A stretch of 64,000 nt of DNA, from contig CAWFGO010000003.1 in assembly GCA_963815455.1 (NCBI GenBank), forward strand, positions 64,001 to 128,000, given 5' to 3'. Position numbers and translations under genes: made by a program. The notes beneath the pieces are model-generated. The model saw nothing but the letters and a program-made list of their open reading frames with translations, was not told where the DNA came from and ran no database searches. Positions 61,513 to 64,000 of the stretch are shown here, one piece after another (the first letter of the stretch is position 1; each line of letters starts with the position of its first letter). This DNA is from an uncultured Verrucomicrobiae bacterium (GTDB lineage Bacteria; Verrucomicrobiota; Verrucomicrobiia; Chthoniobacterales; UBA10450).

Positions 61513-63098
61513 TTTTTCGGCCGGAACCATCGAGGAATCATTGCCAGCATCGCGGCCAATGTCACCAAAACGCAGCATTGTGCAAAAAGTTCGCCGTGCC
61601 GGACGTAAAACGTCAGCTCGGCCGCAGTCGGAACGTTTACTTCTCCGCTGAGAACGCCTTCGGTGAACACACTTCCGGTTTCGTCCTGAAGGATTTGGGT
61701 GATGCGCCCGAATTCGTTGATGAAACAGGTTACGCCGGTATTCGCGGCCCGAACCATTGGCCGGCGCGTTTCCACGCAACGAAAGAGAGCGTTGTCGACG
61801 TGCTGACGAGATGCGGCCGAACGCAGGAACCAGCCGTCGTTCGTCACATTGACCAGAAGATTCGCGCCGTTGAGCACGAATTTTCTCGTCAGATCGCCGT
61901 CGGTGTCTTCGAAACAAATCAGTGGCGCGACGCGGACGTTGCCATTGGTCAGATGAAAAACGGTGTAGTCCTTGCCGCGGTCGAAATCGCCCGGTACCCA
62001 GTTTCCGGCGACGGTGGCGAAAAGAGGGAACGAATGCCGGAGCGGAATGTATTCGCCAAACGGCACCAGGTGGACCTTGCGATAAACCTGCATCTCCTGA
62101 GTCGCGCCCGAGATTAGAACGGCTGCGTTGTAATCTTGTCGATCTTCCGCATCGAGCGCGCCGAGCAGCAAATCCGTTTTTGCCGTGGCGGCGACCTGGG
62201 TGGCGAACTGGTGACTCTCCGTGTTCGGATCGCGCACGACACCCGGCATGGAGGCTTCCGGCCAGATCAGCAGATCGGGCGGTAAGCCGGAGTGTAGCGC
62301 GATCTCGCTGAGCCGCTCGAAGCGGGCAAAAATTTCGCGACTGAATTTCGGATCGAATTTCTCGACTTGCGGAACTTCGGCCTGCACTGCTGCGACTCGA
62401 AGGGGCTTTGTCACCGGTCGATTCTGAGCTGCGTAAAGGCCGAACGTGCAGAGCGCGACGAGGCCGGCCAGGGTCAGCGTAACATCGAAATGGGGTCGCA
62501 TTTGGCGAGACCGGGCTTCCAAAAAAAGTCGAACGGGCGCGGCGACCACAATGATGTTCGCGAACGCTACGACGAACGAGAGTCCGGCCACGCCGGTAAA
62601 CTCGGCGATCTGGATGAGCGCCCAGTTGTCGTGAAGAGCGACGCCGAGTCCGTTCCATCCGAATCCCGTGAACAGCCAGCCACGGACCCATTCGTGTGTG
62701 ACCCACGCGCTCGCGGCCAGAAATGCGGCCTGGAGATTTCGATAAGACCCCAAAAAATTCTTCGGAGCGATCAGGCCGACGAACCAGCTCCAAAATGCGA
62801 AATACATTCCCATATAAAGCGAGAGCAGCAGCGGTAACGCATGCAGGAACGCGTTTTCGAACAAAGTGCCGAGCGAGCCGAGCCAACTGAATGCGCCGGT
62901 AAAGAAAACAATCCCGGCAACATAGCCGAGTGATAAATTGCGCAGCCATCGCCGCCTGGAATTTTCTCCGGAAAACCAAATGGCTGCGATGAGTGGGGTG
63001 AGCGCGATCCAGCAAAGCCACGTTTGGTTAAACGGCGCGAAGCAAGCGGTGCAAAGCAACCCGGTCGAAATCGCAGCCAGCCACGGCCAGAACCGCAT
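61509..63098 (-). CDS. lnt: Apolipoprotein N-acyltransferase
   Basis: IWPEAS, YRKVHLVPFGEY, LICFED, VTNDGWF, RAANTG. Confidence 0.95.
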   Translation of the reverse strand: MRFWPWLAAISTGLLCTACFAPFNQTWLCWIALTPLIAAIWFSGENSRRRWLRNLSLGYVAGIVFFTGAFSWLGSLGTLFENAFLHALPLLLSLYMGMYFAFWSWFVGLIAPKNFLGSYRNLQAAFLAASAWVTHEWVRGWLFTGFGWNGLGVALHDNWALIQIAEFTGVAGLSFVVAFANIIVVAAPVRLFLEARSRQMRPHFDVTLTLAGLVALCTFGLYAAQNRPVTKPLRVAAVQAEVPQVEKFDPKFSREIFARFERLSEIALHSGLPPDLLIWPEASMPGVVRDPNTESHQFATQVAATAKTDLLLGALDAEDRQDYNAAVLISGATQEMQVYRKVHLVPFGEYIPLRHSFPLFATVAGNWVPGDFDRGKDYTVFHLTNGNVRVAPLICFEDTDGDLTRKFVLNGANLLVNVTNDGWFLRSAASRQHVDNALFRCVETRRPMVRAANTGVTCFINEFGRITQILQDETGSVFTEGVLSGEVNVPTAAELTFYVRHGELFAQCCVLVTLAAMLAMIPRWFRPKK

Positions 63099-63201
63099 TA
63101 ATTTTGTCGTGAGATCGCGCAAGTGAAGACCCGGGATTTAGGGCCCAATTCTCCAAGGGCTTGAGTGGTTTCACAAGCGCAACTCGCTAAGAGTCGAAAA
63201 T

Positions 63202-63260
63202 GCGCGGAGGAGAGCGCGATCTACAGCACGAGGGTTGTAGCGTCCGCTATCCTCGGCGGA
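63202..63260. repeat. GTAG-type REP-like pair
   Basis: GCGCGGAGGAGAGCGCGATCTACA ... TGTAGCGTCCGCTATCCTCGGCGGA. Confidence 0.55.
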
Positions 63261-63288
63261 TTCATCGGCTGCGGACGAATTGTCGGGT

Positions 63289-63603
63289 TTAACCGCGGCG
63301 ACGGCGACGCGGCGTATCGCGTTCGCGGCGGCGGCCGGGATGAAGCGCGTCACGCAAATCCCGGCAGTAGGAAGGGTTTACACGGAACGTGGATCTCTGA
63401 ATGTCATCGAGCGAATGAAGATTCACCTTGTCCGACAGCACGTAACCGAGCGAGATCAACCCGTCCAACTCGTCCAGAAGCTCGGCGGTCTCCATTTCGC
63501 CAATCTGCTCGACCAGGATTTTTCCGTGCGCGGGCGTGCCGCTCACTCCGATCGCCTTCAGAATCGTGATCTCGCCTCCGTTCAGATTAATCTCTCGCGT
63601 CAT
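63289..63603 (-). CDS. Hypothetical protein (winged-helix-like pattern, Arg-rich tail)
   Basis: LNGGEITILKAIG...ELDGLISLGYV...RRRRRG. Confidence 0.7.
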   Translation of the reverse strand: MTREINLNGGEITILKAIGVSGTPAHGKILVEQIGEMETAELLDELDGLISLGYVLSDKVNLHSLDDIQRSTFRVNPSYCRDLRDALHPGRRRERDTPRRRRRG

Positions 63604-63639
63604 GCGCCTTTTTGCCTCGAACCGAATACTGTCGAGCAG

Positions 63640-64000
63640 CTATCGCGCCAGCCGCCGTTGGGCGTCGGATTGCAACCAATCCCAAAGTCGCTCGAGCCAT
63701 TTGCCTGTTTCGATTTTGATTTGAGCCAGTGCGACTGAGTTAAATTCTCCATTTTTCGGACGGCGTTCGGCGAAAAGGTAGTATTTGATCTTCGGTTCGG
63801 TGCCGGAAGCTCGCACGGCGATGCGTGTCCCGTCGGCCAGCTCGAAGATCGACATCTTTTCCCTGGGAATCTCGTCACCTTCAACATCGCGAATCGTTTC
63901 GGTCTCGAAATCTTTCACCAGCGTGACTTTCGAGCCGGCAATGTCCGAAGGCGGTTTGTTCCGCGTACGATTCGACCAGCCGCGCAATCTTGTCCGCGCC
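63640..64000 (-). CDS. Phosphoglucomutase/phosphomannomutase, C-terminal part (apparent frameshift near 63960)
   Basis: AVRASGTEPKIKYY. Confidence 0.88.
   Translation of the reverse strand, partial: ARTRLRGWSNRTRNKPPSDIAGSKVTLVKDFETETIRDVEGDEIPREKMSIFELADGTRIAVRASGTEPKIKYYLFAERRPKNGEFNSVALAQIKIETGKWLERLWDWLQSDAQRRLAR

Noticed and set aside
60583..63021. 812-aa ORF as a giant ABC ATPase
   Set aside because: The first ~500 aa are an alternative frame of lnt; the real ATPase starts at 61512.

Overview
A 64-kb gene-dense, GC-rich bacterial chromosomal segment. It most plausibly comes from a Verrucomicrobiota (Chthoniobacterales-like) genome; this is an inference from the SRKTHG-type dockerin protein and overall gene content, not a database result. 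Most of it is housekeeping: purB, purE, pyrG, kdsB/gmhB/hldA, queG, aroK, tsaC, phoH, nuoBC, cysD/cysNC, truA, ruvX, manC, lysC, lnt, a MacAB-type exporter and leucine-catabolism-like genes. About a dozen genes carry single-base frameshifts that look like long-read consensus errors. I found no tRNA, rRNA, CRISPR array or transposase/integrase. Main observations: (1) a four-helix-bundle gene inserted between cysD and cysNC and bracketed by inverted 7-mer arrays, with three gene-less inverted 7-mer elements elsewhere, two sharing a 3+4nt+4 layout despite different heptamers; (2) GTAG-type palindromic REP-like elements translated in frame in protein linkers, including all three domain junctions of a single-chain E1alpha-E1beta-lipoyl-E2 2-oxoacid dehydrogenase; (3) an ABC-2 permease fused to a metal amidohydrolase and coupled to lnt; (4) a tandem active plus catalytically degenerate Deg/HtrA protease pair; (5) integron-type attC cassettes carrying an orphan Imm53 gene with no integrase; (6) a sigma-54 promoter with a perfect palindromic enhancer in front of a 61-aa unknown protein, and a second sigma-54 promoter in front of a REC-DUF4388-REC protein with an unassigned repeat domain.
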